From Candidatus Saccharimonadota bacterium (GTDB taxonomy: Bacteria > Patescibacteriota > Saccharimonadia > Saccharimonadales > Saccharimonadaceae): a DNA stretch of 64,000 bases. Below are positions 1 to 10,078 of the stretch, one piece after another. Where the stretch lies: positions 5,561-69,560 of the forward strand of contig JAFWNJ010000002.1 in the NCBI GenBank assembly GCA_017510425.1, read 5' to 3'. Made by a program: the position numbers and the translations under genes. The notes below the pieces were generated by a model that saw only the letters and a list, made by a program, of their open reading frames with translations, searched no databases and had not been told where the DNA came from. Position 1 is the stretch's first letter; every line of letters starts with the position of its first letter.

Positions 1-591
1 TTGGTGACGAGCATAATTAGATACCCAATCGTAATCGAAAGTAGTGGTCTCCTTGAAGATGGTAGGGTCTGGATAGAAAGTAATCGAGGTGCCGGACTCG
101 CGTGGGCTACCTTTAGACACTTTCAAATCGCTAGTTGGCTTACCGGTGTCGAACTCAATGTGGTGAGTCTTGCCACCCCTGTATACCTCAGCAATCATAT
201 GGGTAGAAAGCGCATTCACAACTGATGAGCCTACGCCGTGAAGACCAGAAGAAACCTTATAACCACCGTCACCAAACTTACCACCCGCATGAAGGACGGT
301 CAAGACAGTCTCTAGAGTGGATTTGCCGGTCTTAGGATGGACATCTACAGGGATACCACGACCGTTATCGTCGACACGAATGCCGCCATCTTTCAGAATG
401 GTAATATCAATCTTATTAGCGAAGCCCGCAATGGCCTCATCAATTGAGTTATCAGCAATCTCCTTAAGTAAGTGGTGCAGACCATCATAACCAGTGGAAC
501 CAATATACATACCTGGCCGCAAACGGACCGGCTCCAAACCCTCCAATACCCGAATTTCAGACGAATCGTATTCTTCAGCTTTTCCAGCCAT
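1..591 (-). CDS. gyrB: DNA gyrase subunit B, N-terminal part (runs off window start)
   Basis: Manual translation from ATG at 591: [34 protein letters not shown]...[10 protein letters not shown]...DNGRGIPV...LHAGGKF...[14 protein letters not shown] (GHKL ATPase motifs); not in the ORF track because it is truncated. Confidence 0.93.
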   Translation of the reverse strand, partial: MAGKAEEYDSSEIRVLEGLEPVRLRPGMYIGSTGYDGLHHLLKEIADNSIDEAIAGFANKIDITILKDGGIRVDDNGRGIPVDVHPKTGKSTLETVLTVLHAGGKFGDGGYKVSSGLHGVGSSVVNALSTHMIAEVYRGGKTHHIEFDTGKPTSDLKVSKGSPRESGTSITFYPDPTIFKETTTFDYDWVSNYARHQ

Positions 592-663
592 TTTATACCT
601 CTTCTTTATTAAATCTGTGTCTATTATACACCTTATCCTGTCAAAATGCAATATTCTGACAAG

Positions 664-3279
664 CTATTCTTGCCGGTTCAACCAGCCATCCAAAAATCCT
701 TCCTCGGGCGATTCTTGGGTGCTTGCAGGCGTTTTAGGTGCAGAGTTGATATTTTCCACGTTTTTTGGCAAAAAGTCGTCCTTGCGGCTGCTAGGTGCCT
801 TAGAGGCGATTTCTTCAATTTTGGATTTTTCCCTCTCTGCCCTGGACCAGCGTTCCTCTATTTCCTTCTCGACCTCAGCACGGGTTTTACCGTATTTGGT
901 CGCAGAGTAAGCTTTCAGGGTCTCCATCAGCTTATCACTTGGCTCGCCCATCAGAGGCGGCAACTTCATCGTGAACGGGGCAGACGGCACATCAAACATC
1001 ATAACTTTGGCAATAGCGGAATAATTTGGGGTCTTGGTTAAATCTTCGGCGGTAAAGGTGGGCGAGAAGGCTTTGACCATAATATCGGCATCGGTGATAC
1101 CGATACGACCGCAGATGATTGAACCGACGTTGCCGAGCAATGCTTCCCTGATTTTTTCGGTTAGCTGAGTCATAAACTGATTGGCAACGATGAGATTTAA
1201 GCGATACTTACGGGCTTCAGATAGGATGGATTCGAAGGATTCAGTGGCGAAATTCTGGAACTCGTCGACATAGAGACAGAAATCTTGACGTTCGTCTTCG
1301 GGGATGTTCTGTCTTGACATAGCTGCCTGCTGGAACTTCATCACGAAAATCATACCGAGAAGGTTGGAGTTAATATCACCGAGTTTACCCTTAGAGAGGT
1401 TGACCAAGAAGATTTTTTTGTTGTCCATGATTTCGCGAATATTGAAGCCTGATTTAACCTGGCCTAGAGTATTCCTCATAATAGTGTTGGCTAGGAATGG
1501 ACCCCATTTACTCGAGAACCAGGTGATGACTTCGCCAGCATCGTTGGATTTTTGCGAAGCGGGAAACTCTTTAGTCCAATAATCATAGACTGCCTTATCC
1601 GTAACATATTTGAGCTTAGATTTCACAAATTCGGGGTCAGTAAAACACTGCGGGATATCAATAAAGGTAGCGCCGTTCGGATCTGACATGAGCAAGAGAG
1701 CTGCATTGCGGAACATATGCTGACCACGAGGACCAAAAAAGCCCTGGTTCTGGGGGTCAAACAGGGATTGCAGCATAGTAATGCCTTCCTGGACAATGAA
1801 GTCCTTCTGATCAGGATTGGTGAATTCGAACATATTCATGCCGACCGGATGTTCGATATCTGACGGATCGAAGTAAATGACATCGTCGATACGCTCTTCG
1901 GGCACACGCTTTAGTAATGCATCCACTGCATCACCGTGCGGATCGATGAAGGCGAACCCTCTACCATCACACATATCCTGAAAAGCGATATTCTCTAAGA
2001 ATACTGATTTACCCATACCGGTTTGGCCAATCACATACATGTGGCGACGACGATTTGAGTCGTCAAGATAAATGGCTTTCTGCTCACCCCTGAACTCGTT
2101 GGTGCCAAGAAATACCCCCTCAGTGGCGAGGCGAGCCGGACCGTCAACTTGCTTGGTCAGCTGGCGTTCTACCCCTGAGCTGGGGATAGAACTCTGCTCG
2201 GGAAGATGAAAAATACTGGCTAATTCTACGCTGTTTAGGATATTAGTGTTGGTCTTTAGCGGGAAAAATCGGAAAGCATAGTCAATTACGAGTTTCTTGG
2301 GGTCCTTAAGAGTGTTTACCTTAAAGCCGTTAATCTCTGGGGCATCAAACTGCGAAAAAGCTGAGATTACCCCACCCATCAGGGCCTCGGAGCGGGCTTT
2401 AGATTTGGAACTGGCTACTACTCTTATAAGAGTTTCGAATGCCGGATAGCGCATTTTGTTAGATATGGCATTGATTTCTTCTTGTTTTGCACTACTGGTA
2501 GTGGTGACCTCTTGCTCGGTTTTTTCGCGTGCCTCTGGCACTTCCCAGGGGGCTCGAATTAAGTCTACGAAGAAATCTCCGAAGTTGCCACCAATCGTCT
2601 TTTTCTTTTTCCCTTTTTGGACTGATTCTATGTAATCCTTGGACTTGTCTGACCAATTTTTTTCTGCAGGGCGGAACAAAACTTGTACAGCAACACCTTC
2701 ACCCTTGTTCAAGTTTGAAATGGCATTTAGAATTGCGAGCTGGGCATCCCTCTTGGTGTCTTCGTAGGTTGCAATGGGGAGATAATAGTCCTTGTTTAAG
2801 GTCAGCTCTGCCCCTGATACGGCTTCAATGCCGGCTCCACCTTCAAAGATGTTATCCTCGCGTTTTTCCTCGACACGCGCAGTGGGGTAAGATGATTGGA
2901 TTGCCTGCTTGACCGTCTCTGTCAACGTAGCTGGAACGATGGCATAATACCTTACAAACCCATCTTTGGCGATAATCTCAAAGGAAAAATGACGTTGGCC
3001 ATAAAGTCTGGTCTTAAACCCCTTGGCGATGGTAGATGCAAGGATCGAATACATCACTTGAGCTTTAGAGATTGCCTCATTAGCCACGTCGCGCTTATCT
3101 CGACTGCCAGCTTCGGTGTCATCGGTGGTGGGTGGAAGATGAATGAGTAATGAGACCATTTTGAGACTGCGTTCGTATTTTGTCTTCTTGCGTAAACTAG
3201 AGATTTTCACTGAATAAAGAGATGCGAAGCAAATCATTAATGACACTATGACGATTGCAATAACCACCCAGGCACTCAT
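664..3279 (-). CDS. VirB4/VirD4(TraG)-like type IV secretion ATPase with N-terminal membrane anchor
   Basis: Walker A HMYVIGQTGMGKS, FIDPHGD, Walker B LYVDEFQNF, SEARKYRL. Confidence 0.8.
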   Translation of the reverse strand: MSAWVVIAIVIVSLMICFASLYSVKISSLRKKTKYERSLKMVSLLIHLPPTTDDTEAGSRDKRDVANEAISKAQVMYSILASTIAKGFKTRLYGQRHFSFEIIAKDGFVRYYAIVPATLTETVKQAIQSSYPTARVEEKREDNIFEGGAGIEAVSGAELTLNKDYYLPIATYEDTKRDAQLAILNAISNLNKGEGVAVQVLFRPAEKNWSDKSKDYIESVQKGKKKKTIGGNFGDFFVDLIRAPWEVPEAREKTEQEVTTTSSAKQEEINAISNKMRYPAFETLIRVVASSKSKARSEALMGGVISAFSQFDAPEINGFKVNTLKDPKKLVIDYAFRFFPLKTNTNILNSVELASIFHLPEQSSIPSSGVERQLTKQVDGPARLATEGVFLGTNEFRGEQKAIYLDDSNRRRHMYVIGQTGMGKSVFLENIAFQDMCDGRGFAFIDPHGDAVDALLKRVPEERIDDVIYFDPSDIEHPVGMNMFEFTNPDQKDFIVQEGITMLQSLFDPQNQGFFGPRGQHMFRNAALLLMSDPNGATFIDIPQCFTDPEFVKSKLKYVTDKAVYDYWTKEFPASQKSNDAGEVITWFSSKWGPFLANTIMRNTLGQVKSGFNIREIMDNKKIFLVNLSKGKLGDINSNLLGMIFVMKFQQAAMSRQNIPEDERQDFCLYVDEFQNFATESFESILSEARKYRLNLIVANQFMTQLTEKIREALLGNVGSIICGRIGITDADIMVKAFSPTFTAEDLTKTPNYSAIAKVMMFDVPSAPFTMKLPPLMGEPSDKLMETLKAYSATKYGKTRAEVEKEIEERWSRAEREKSKIEEIASKAPSSRKDDFLPKNVENINSAPKTPASTQESPEEGFLDGWLNRQE

Positions 3280-3335
3280 TACGCATAGCTCCTTGTAATG
3301 TTGTAAAAAATACTAAAACAGGTTATACTACGCAT

Positions 3336-3797
3336 CTAGGCCGCCTCACCCTCTTGGAAATGTCTTTTGATTTCACTGATCTGTTTGACGAAGCTTGCCG
3401 GGTTGGTAGTACCCCGCCTTAATTCGTCCTCAATTTTGCCAATTTCGGTCAAAGCATCGCCTTCCGATAGGCCAATTGCCAGTTCTCCCATTCCCCGAGG
3501 AGAACTATTTTTTCGTGAACTATCGCCGGTTCCCACCGCCTTACCTAATGACTTTGCCCCGTCTACACTTGCAGAGCCACTGTCTCCATTCCAATTCCCG
3601 CTATTTAAGTCATACTCTGGTTGAAACGACGAGTTTATATCTTCACTACCTGGACCTTTTGTAATAGATTCGCATTGGTCGCCACTATATCCTGAAATTG
3701 GGTCCATAGAGTCCTGACCATTTGTATTTTCAATGTCTGGGACTTCAGTATTAGAACCCTTCTCCCCCATCGCCTGATGAACTCTATTATAATCCAT
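3336..3797 (-). CDS. hypothetical protein
   Basis: 153-aa ORF co-oriented with neighbours; no recognised motif. Confidence 0.5.
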   Translation of the reverse strand: MDYNRVHQAMGEKGSNTEVPDIENTNGQDSMDPISGYSGDQCESITKGPGSEDINSSFQPEYDLNSGNWNGDSGSASVDGAKSLGKAVGTGDSSRKNSSPRGMGELAIGLSEGDALTEIGKIEDELRRGTTNPASFVKQISEIKRHFQEGEAA

Positions 3798-3814
3798 ATG
3801 TTTATAATATCACA

Positions 3815-4168
3815 TTATGCGCGTTTGTAGACCAAAAATTCGGCTAAAAATACGAAAATTGTCATTAAGCTAATCGTCCAAAGGTTAATTGCACCAAAGG
3901 ATCTAGCCATCATCAGCATGATTGGCACAAAAGCCATAATTGCGGCATAAAGGTATAGCTTGCTGTGACTAACTTGTTTTTTGAGAGCAATTCTGAAGAA
4001 TGAACCGATCAGGAATACCATAATCCCAAACGAAACAATGTAAACTGTTGTAAAAAATAATAAAACTCCGAACGGTCCGATTTCCGTTGGAGATGTAAGA
4101 TTAAGTATCATGATTAAAGCTGCGAGTCCGATGATACTAGATGCCAATATAATCTGGTTATGCTTCAT
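3815..4168 (-). CDS. small four-TM membrane protein
   Basis: Four hydrophobic segments; TATAAT 6 nt upstream of ATG. Confidence 0.7.
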   Translation of the reverse strand: MKHNQIILASSIIGLAALIMILNLTSPTEIGPFGVLLFFTTVYIVSFGIMVFLIGSFFRIALKKQVSHSKLYLYAAIMAFVPIMLMMARSFGAINLWTISLMTIFVFLAEFLVYKRA

Positions 4169-4761
4169 AACCTTATTATATCATATTAATGGTTGGTTCC
4201 CCCAAGAATTTTGTTATATGGAGAGGGCGCGGGGTTATCCGGTACCTAAATACTTAACTATTGACCGCAACCCCAGCGCTACTCCTTTGACCGCTTCACT
4301 CAAAGTGAAGCAAATGTCCTTATAGTTTGTTTCTTTCGCTCTGGTTTATGTTCTTTAGAAGGTACTAACGAAAGATTTAACTATGCGCTCAACGCATTTC
4401 CCTTTTAGGATTTAGCGGAGCTCTAGGTAATTCCTAAATGTGTAATTTATGGCTAGAAATTACCTTTTCGCCCGCGAAATGTTACGTTTTGGTGTTTTTC
4501 ATTTTTAAAGTTCCTTTTGTTTGTAATTTTTATTTAGTCTTCTCGACTGTCTTTATACTAGCACAAGTTTAATAAAAAATCAAGATATTTGTTCAACTTT
4601 ATCGATGTAAATCTCACAACATTATTCCCTATTTCCATCTGTTCTATTTTATTGTTCTTTTTGTTGTGTTTTTTACAACAAAATTCAAAATTTTGCCTGA
4701 TGATGGATTATGTAAAATTGACATTTTGGCTGTGTTGTAATGATTACAACACTAAATTATC

Positions 4762-4941
4762 GTATTCCGTGGTCGACTTTTGACTAAAGCAAAAGTCGTC
4801 CCCGGTCAGTCGTTTTGTAGGTTAGATGATGGAAATAGTGAAGCCACTATGCTACTACGTTGTATTCCGTGGTCGACTTTTGACTAAAGCAAAAGTCGTC
4901 CCCGGTCAGTCGTTTTGTAGGTTAGATGATGGAAATAGTGA
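4762..4941. repeat. 80-bp direct repeat, two copies (4762-4841, 4862-4941), period 100 bp, downstream of tmRNA
   Basis: Identical gtattccgtggtcgacttttgactaaagcaaaagtcg...gatggaaatagtga read twice. Confidence 0.9.
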
Positions 4942-5070
4942 GACTATTTTAATTTAGGCTAGTCTTTTCCCCAAATAAACAAGTTTATTTGGGTCGAGAC
5001 TAGGCCTAAATTAAAAATAAGCCATACGGCTTATTTTCCATCATCTAACTTACCCCTAAATCTCGTTCCG

Positions 5071-5424
5071 TGGTGGAGCTGCCGGATACTGCCTCCGGGT
5101 CCGAAACATCACTGGATCATAATTCTACGCGCATAGCTACTTATTTCGTCTTGGCTGATATTGTTAGCTGCAAGTAGCAAAACTAACAAAAGCCATGGCT
5201 AATTTTCGTGTTAGATTCCGCCAGCTAAATAACCTTATTCCCGTGATATGATAATCCTAGCATTACGGAAACTCATACTAGGACCAGCCTACAATTAATT
5301 AGGCATATGCTGGCATGTACATGACATGCGCAGTCTTAGTGTTTTTAGCACTTATTGAATACTTACGGTATTTAATCGACGCGCTTTATGATTGTTAATA
5401 TCCCGTCTAAGCTTTGTCAGCCCC
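5071..5424 (-). ncRNA. ssrA: tmRNA, predicted tag (A)AKNTKTAHVMYMPAYA*
   Basis: Minus strand starts GGGGCTGA...GAC and ends ...GGACCCGGAGGCAGTATCCGGCAGCTCCACCA; internal short reading frame ends YA-stop. Confidence 0.9.
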
Positions 5425-5792
5425 AACTGCCTATTATTATACCATATCCTTCCCTATTTGTATACATAAGGACAAAGAAAAAGACCGGTAACTGCGAGGA
5501 AAACCGGTCTTTTTGTAGAGTGTGGAGTTATTTTGGCTAAATTTTTGTTTTGACCTTTTGAATAATTTATTTATTCAAAAGCTATCTCTATATTATCGCG
5601 AAAAAATGGTTATGTCAACACTTTTTTGATACTTTTTTTATACAATTTTTGCGAGTTTTCCACAGACTTTCTGTTTGTAACCTGTAACAATGTTTTGAAG
5701 TTTTTTATGTTTTAATTGCTAATGCTTAATATTTTTAGCAATAGCAAAATGTTTTGATTGAAATAATACTATTAACGTGTTAGAAGAAACGC

Positions 5793-7298
5793 ATGATAGC
5801 AAAAATTCATTCAATAATTCCCTATGGTTTCGATGCTAAATTAGTTGAAGTGGAAGGCGACATGAATCGTGGCCTTCCGGCTTTTAATATTGTTGGTATG
5901 GCAAACAAAACAATCAATGAAGCTAAGGAACGCGTAAGGAGTGCAATTGTTAATTCTGGATTCTCGTTTCCAGACAAAAAAGTTACCATTAATTTGGCCC
6001 CAGCCGATTTACAGAAGGATGGTGCCTATCTCGATTTACCGATAGCGCTTTCGATTATGCTGCTTTCTGGTCAAATCATTAGGCGAGACATAAATCATAA
6101 AGTTTTTGTGGGTGAATTGTCTCTAGATGGAAAGCTGAGGCCGGTAAAAGGAATCATAAACATAGTCGAAGCTGCCAAAGAATCGGGATATAAGGACATA
6201 TATGTACCAATCGATAACCTTTCACAAGCATCTTTGGTTTCTGATGTTGCGATTATCGGAGTGAGTTCCCTTCAAGAATTATACTTGATCTTAAAGAAAC
6301 AAATAACACCACAAGGGCCTGCAAACGACGACTGCATAGAGGAGAATAATGATGCCAGCAACGGTCCATTCTTAGATCAGATACTGGGTCAACAACTAGC
6401 TAAAAGAGCCATCGAAATTGCCGTAGCTGGGCACCACAATTTATTGATTTCTGGCCCGCCTGGAGCCGGCAAAACACTGCTAGCCAGGACTGCAGCAAAC
6501 CTACTTCCTGATTTAACTCCAGATGAAATGATAGACATTACTAAGATTTATTCAATCGCCGGCTTGTCTTGCGATAATGTGATTAGGAAACGCCCTTTCA
6601 GAGCGCCACATCATAGCGCCAGTGCCACTTCTCTAATTGGTGGGGCTAATGGCCCAGGCGAAATATCGTTAGCGCATAAGGGTATCCTGTTCTTAGACGA
6701 GATACCAGAGTTCTCTCGCTCGGTGCTGGAATCCCTGAGACAGCCACTTGAGGATAGAACAATATCAATATCTAGAGCCAATCAGAAAACTACTTATCCG
6801 GCAGATTTTATGCTAATTGCAACCATGAATCCCTGCCCTTGCGGGTTCTTGAATGATCCGACGCATGAATGCAAGTGTTCGGAACTCCAAATCCAGAACT
6901 ATAACAAGAAAATTTCGGGACCACTGCTCGATCGAATCGATATGAATCTTACGGTTGAAAAAGTTGATAATCGGGAACTAAGAAAACCTATTTCCAATGA
7001 GCGCTCCGAACATGTTGTTGTAAAAAATACTATAACAGAGGCAATTATGCGCCAAAGGTCGCGCTACGGTCAAGATGGAATCTACAATAGTTCCCTGTCC
7101 TCCTTCCAAGTTTCACAGCTAATTCAGCTGGATCCTGCAGCCGAGCAGCTGCTTGCAAATGCTTCTGAAAGGCTAAACTTATCGGCACGGTCATATTTTA
7201 AAACCATCAAAGTCGCCAGAACTATTGCTGATCTCGAAAAATCCGACCTGGTACTCGCTAAACATTTAGCGGAAGCTTTGACTTACCGCAGGAGATAG
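5793..7298 (+). CDS. comM: YifB/ComM-family Mg-chelatase-like AAA+ ATPase
   Basis: GLPAFNIVG, TINLAPADL, GPPGAGKT, RPFRAPHHSAS, LFLDEIPEF, MNPCPCG. Confidence 0.9.
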   Translation: MIAKIHSIIPYGFDAKLVEVEGDMNRGLPAFNIVGMANKTINEAKERVRSAIVNSGFSFPDKKVTINLAPADLQKDGAYLDLPIALSIMLLSGQIIRRDINHKVFVGELSLDGKLRPVKGIINIVEAAKESGYKDIYVPIDNLSQASLVSDVAIIGVSSLQELYLILKKQITPQGPANDDCIEENNDASNGPFLDQILGQQLAKRAIEIAVAGHHNLLISGPPGAGKTLLARTAANLLPDLTPDEMIDITKIYSIAGLSCDNVIRKRPFRAPHHSASATSLIGGANGPGEISLAHKGILFLDEIPEFSRSVLESLRQPLEDRTISISRANQKTTYPADFMLIATMNPCPCGFLNDPTHECKCSELQIQNYNKKISGPLLDRIDMNLTVEKVDNRELRKPISNERSEHVVVKNTITEAIMRQRSRYGQDGIYNSSLSSFQVSQLIQLDPAAEQLLANASERLNLSARSYFKTIKVARTIADLEKSDLVLAKHLAEALTYRRR

Positions 7299-7376
7299 CC
7301 CGCCTTTGATATTGCTTTTTTTCTTAGGGTTTGATATAATTAGTGACAGGTTAATTCAAGAGAAGAAAGGACTACT

Positions 7377-7895
7377 ATAAAAAACAATTCACGAACTAGA
7401 TTAAACGGAGAGATTCGTTATCCGAAAGTTCGCGTTATAGGTTCTAATGGGGAGCAACTAGGCATTATGTCTAGTCGTGATGCCCAGCTTCTAGCGAATC
7501 AACAGGGAGTGGATTTAGTAGAGATTGCTGCTAATGCCGTTCCACCGGTTGTTAAAGTGATTGACTGGGGTAAATACCAGTATCAAAAAATGAAGGAAGA
7601 AGCCAAGAATCGCAAAAAAGCTCGCTCAAAACAATCCGAGCTAAAACAGATGAAAATTGGTCTCAAGATTTCAGATAACGACCTTAACATAAAAGTTCGC
7701 AAAATGCGTGGTTTCCTTGATGATGGTGATCGGGTAAAGATTATGATAGTCTTTAAGGGTCGCGAGATGGCCCATAAAGAGTTAGGATCGGAGCTTCTGA
7801 ATAAAGTAATGGAGCTTCTGGGAAGCGACATTATCGTCGAAAGCAAGCAACAAATGAGCGGACGGAATCTGTCAATACAGATTCGTAAAAAATAG
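7377..7895 (+). CDS. infC: translation initiation factor IF-3, non-AUG (ATA) start
   Basis: In-frame extension upstream of the track ORF: (ATA)KNNSRTRLNGEIRYPKVRVIGSNGEQLGIM; AGAAAGGA SD-like sequence before ATA at 7377. Confidence 0.9.
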   Translation: MKNNSRTRLNGEIRYPKVRVIGSNGEQLGIMSSRDAQLLANQQGVDLVEIAANAVPPVVKVIDWGKYQYQKMKEEAKNRKKARSKQSELKQMKIGLKISDNDLNIKVRKMRGFLDDGDRVKIMIVFKGREMAHKELGSELLNKVMELLGSDIIVESKQQMSGRNLSIQIRKK

Positions 7896-7989
7896 CAGAA
7901 TAGACACGAAAGAAGTATTTTCCTACTTCCAAGGTTTCCTGCTGGCACATTCGGGGGATTAATACTAACTATAAATAAAGGAAAACATT

Positions 7990-8184
7990 ATGCCGAAATT
8001 AAAGACGCATAAAGGCACTGCGAAGCGCATCAAAATTACCGGTTCTGGTAAATTGGTACGTGGACGAGCCTACGGGAATCATATTCTCGCCAAAAAATCT
8101 AAAGCCAGAAAGCGCAACATGAAAACTGCTGCGATGATTGATGGCAAAATTGCAAAAAACGTTAAGAAGGCATTGGGGGTATAG
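7990..8184 (+). CDS. rpmI: 50S ribosomal protein L35
   Basis: MPKLKTHKGTAKRIKITGSGK; infC-rpmI-rplT order. Confidence 0.95.
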   Translation: MPKLKTHKGTAKRIKITGSGKLVRGRAYGNHILAKKSKARKRNMKTAAMIDGKIAKNVKKALGV

Positions 8185-8186
8185 TC

Positions 8187-8534
8187 ATGAGAGTTAAAAG
8201 AGGTGTCGCAGCACATGCGAAACATAAGAAGATATTACAAGCAGCGAAGGGTATGCAACATTACCGCCGTCGCAGTTTTAAACTCGGCAAGCAAGGCGTA
8301 ATTAAGGCTTTACAATATAGCTATCGAGATCGCCGCAGTCGCAAGCGTGATTTTCGCGCTTTATGGATTACTCGTATCAATAATGCTTCAAGAGAGCTTG
8401 GTCTTTCCTATTCGCAATTAATTGCTGGTATGAAAGCTAAGAACATCAATGTAGATCGTAAAATCCTAGCAGAGCTTGCAGTAAATAACCCTGAAGCATT
8501 TAAAACAATTGTTAATACGGTAAAGGAGAAATAA
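8187..8534 (+). CDS. rplT: 50S ribosomal protein L20
   Basis: MRVKRG...YSYRDRRSRKRDFRALWITRIN...DRKILAELA. Confidence 0.95.
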   Translation: MRVKRGVAAHAKHKKILQAAKGMQHYRRRSFKLGKQGVIKALQYSYRDRRSRKRDFRALWITRINNASRELGLSYSQLIAGMKAKNINVDRKILAELAVNNPEAFKTIVNTVKEK

Positions 8535-8535
8535 G

Positions 8536-8763
8536 ATGGCGATTTGTGAAGTTACCGGTAAAGGCAAGATGTACGGCCACAATGTATCTTTCTCCCAGAG
8601 ACACACGCGCAAGGTGTTCAAGCCAAATGTAAGCAAGAGAACCTTGGTGATTAATGGTAAGAAAGTCAAATGCAATGTTTCTACTTCAGCTTTACGTACT
8701 TTGAAAAAGAAGGGTTTAATTGAATCCCCAAAGGCAAAAGCCGAGAAAAAATCGAGTAAATAA
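8536..8763 (+). CDS. rpmB: 50S ribosomal protein L28
   Basis: CEVTGKGKMYGHNVSFSQRHTRKVFKPN. Confidence 0.92.
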   Translation: MAICEVTGKGKMYGHNVSFSQRHTRKVFKPNVSKRTLVINGKKVKCNVSTSALRTLKKKGLIESPKAKAEKKSSK

Positions 8764-8775
8764 TTTATAGTTACT

Positions 8776-8808
8776 ACAAAAATCCGACCGTTAGGGTCGG
8801 ATTTTTGT
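8776..8808. terminator. bidirectional intrinsic terminator between rpmB and rnpB
   Basis: acaaaaatccgacc-gttag-ggtcggatttttgt hairpin with A/T tails. Confidence 0.8.
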
Positions 8809-8813
8809 TATAT

Positions 8814-9147
8814 GAGCCGTCAGTAAGCCGGGTTCTGTGACTATATATAATATATAGTCTGCAATCATCTATCTAGATACTACATTACTGTAATATTCAA
8901 GCGGTGAGCGTACGTCCCCGAGCAGGGGCTGACAGTACTCCTTGCAACAGGTAGGGTTTGCCGCCACTCCGCATCACTACGAAGTGCTGTGGGCTCTTAC
9001 CCCACTCTTTTCACCTTTTCCCTTGCGGGTAGTTTAGTTTCTGTGGTACTTTCCCTATCCTTGCAGACGGTCGCCGTTAGCGACTACCTTGCTCTTTGTT
9101 GCCCGGACTTTCCTCTTGGGTTTTCCAAGCGATTGCCTTGCAGGCTC
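8814..9147 (-). ncRNA. rnpB: RNase P RNA
   Basis: Minus strand contains GAGGAAAGTCCGGGC and ACAGAACCCGGCTTA conserved regions; P1 GAGCC/GGCTC ends. Confidence 0.93.
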
Positions 9148-9199
9148 AGTTTGATTATACCACAGAGAAGGCAATAAGAGAATATGGTATAATACGAGT

Positions 9200-10078
9200 A
9201 TGTCTGTTAAAGAGTATTATTATGAACACCTCGATGAGCTATCTCTAGAGAAGCAGTTTCATTTTGCGACCAGAATGAAAAACTTTTTCAACTCACACGA
9301 TTTCGATGATTTCCTCGAGCAGAATAAGCCAGATACGAATATCGCTAAACTGTTGTCCAAAAACGATTGTTCGATGGTAGCAAACTACGAAAAGCGGAAG
9401 AAATATTTTGAGAAATACCCTGATATTTACGGGTTAGAGGCGGCGCTTTTTAGGGTACATCATCTATTAAAAGAGTATCGCGTGGACATTAGAGATGAAT
9501 TGACCAAGCTATACCCGAAAAACAAGATGTACGAGCTCTCTGATAGGCTTATGGCGGATGGTGATGCTCTGATAACTTTATCTAGCTGGGCGGTGAACAC
9601 AATCTGCTTGATAGAGGAATTGTTCCCGCGTGATGAAGACATGGTGGCGAAGCTCGGCGACTGGGTGCTAAGACTTGATGCTGATGCCATAGACCCAGTG
9701 CTACTGATATACTTTTGTACACATATCATAATATGCGAGTCAGAGTTTTATACGCAGAACATAAAAAATACAAAACACCGCACAATGCTGATAAACTTAC
9801 TGAACAAATGCAAAGAGATAATTCTTAATAATATTGATACTATTTCGCTGGACCCCTGTATTGAGTACTTAGTGTGTTGCAGAATGCTCGGAGTAGCAGA
9901 TGAGGAAACCGCAAAAAAGGTGAATGAAATCTGTAAGAATTTTATGCAGAATTCGCCCTATTTGATTAACTATCGGCGCGATTCTACCCCTGACAGTTAT
10001 TATCACACATTAGACGGAGCGGAGCATATTAATGCGCTCTATATCATGAGTGGACTAGACGAGCTTAATTCCCTGTGA
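9200..10078 (+). CDS. hypothetical protein (all-helical; possibly DUF3541-like)
   Basis: 292-aa ORF, TATAAT 6 nt before ATG; HFATRM and YFCTHIII motifs; family assignment uncertain. Confidence 0.6.
   Translation: MSVKEYYYEHLDELSLEKQFHFATRMKNFFNSHDFDDFLEQNKPDTNIAKLLSKNDCSMVANYEKRKKYFEKYPDIYGLEAALFRVHHLLKEYRVDIRDELTKLYPKNKMYELSDRLMADGDALITLSSWAVNTICLIEELFPRDEDMVAKLGDWVLRLDADAIDPVLLIYFCTHIIICESEFYTQNIKNTKHRTMLINLLNKCKEIILNNIDTISLDPCIEYLVCCRMLGVADEETAKKVNEICKNFMQNSPYLINYRRDSTPDSYYHTLDGAEHINALYIMSGLDELNSL

Noticed and set aside
1-1041. Plus-strand ORFs 1-225, 494-910, 646-1041 and similar short track ORFs elsewhere
   Set aside because: Antisense to well-supported genes, with no motifs
664-3279. 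Conjugative element
   Set aside because: No relaxase, integrase or other T4SS genes adjacent; such ATPases are common chromosomal genes in CPR bacteria
4200-4503. Possible minus-strand gene after an SD and ATG near 4503
   Set aside because: Stops after six codons (MKNTKT*); no convincing ORF or RNA family recognised
8989-9177. 62-aa ORF (also 22210-22452 and 25105-25293)
   Set aside because: Overlap the RNase P RNA or tRNA genes
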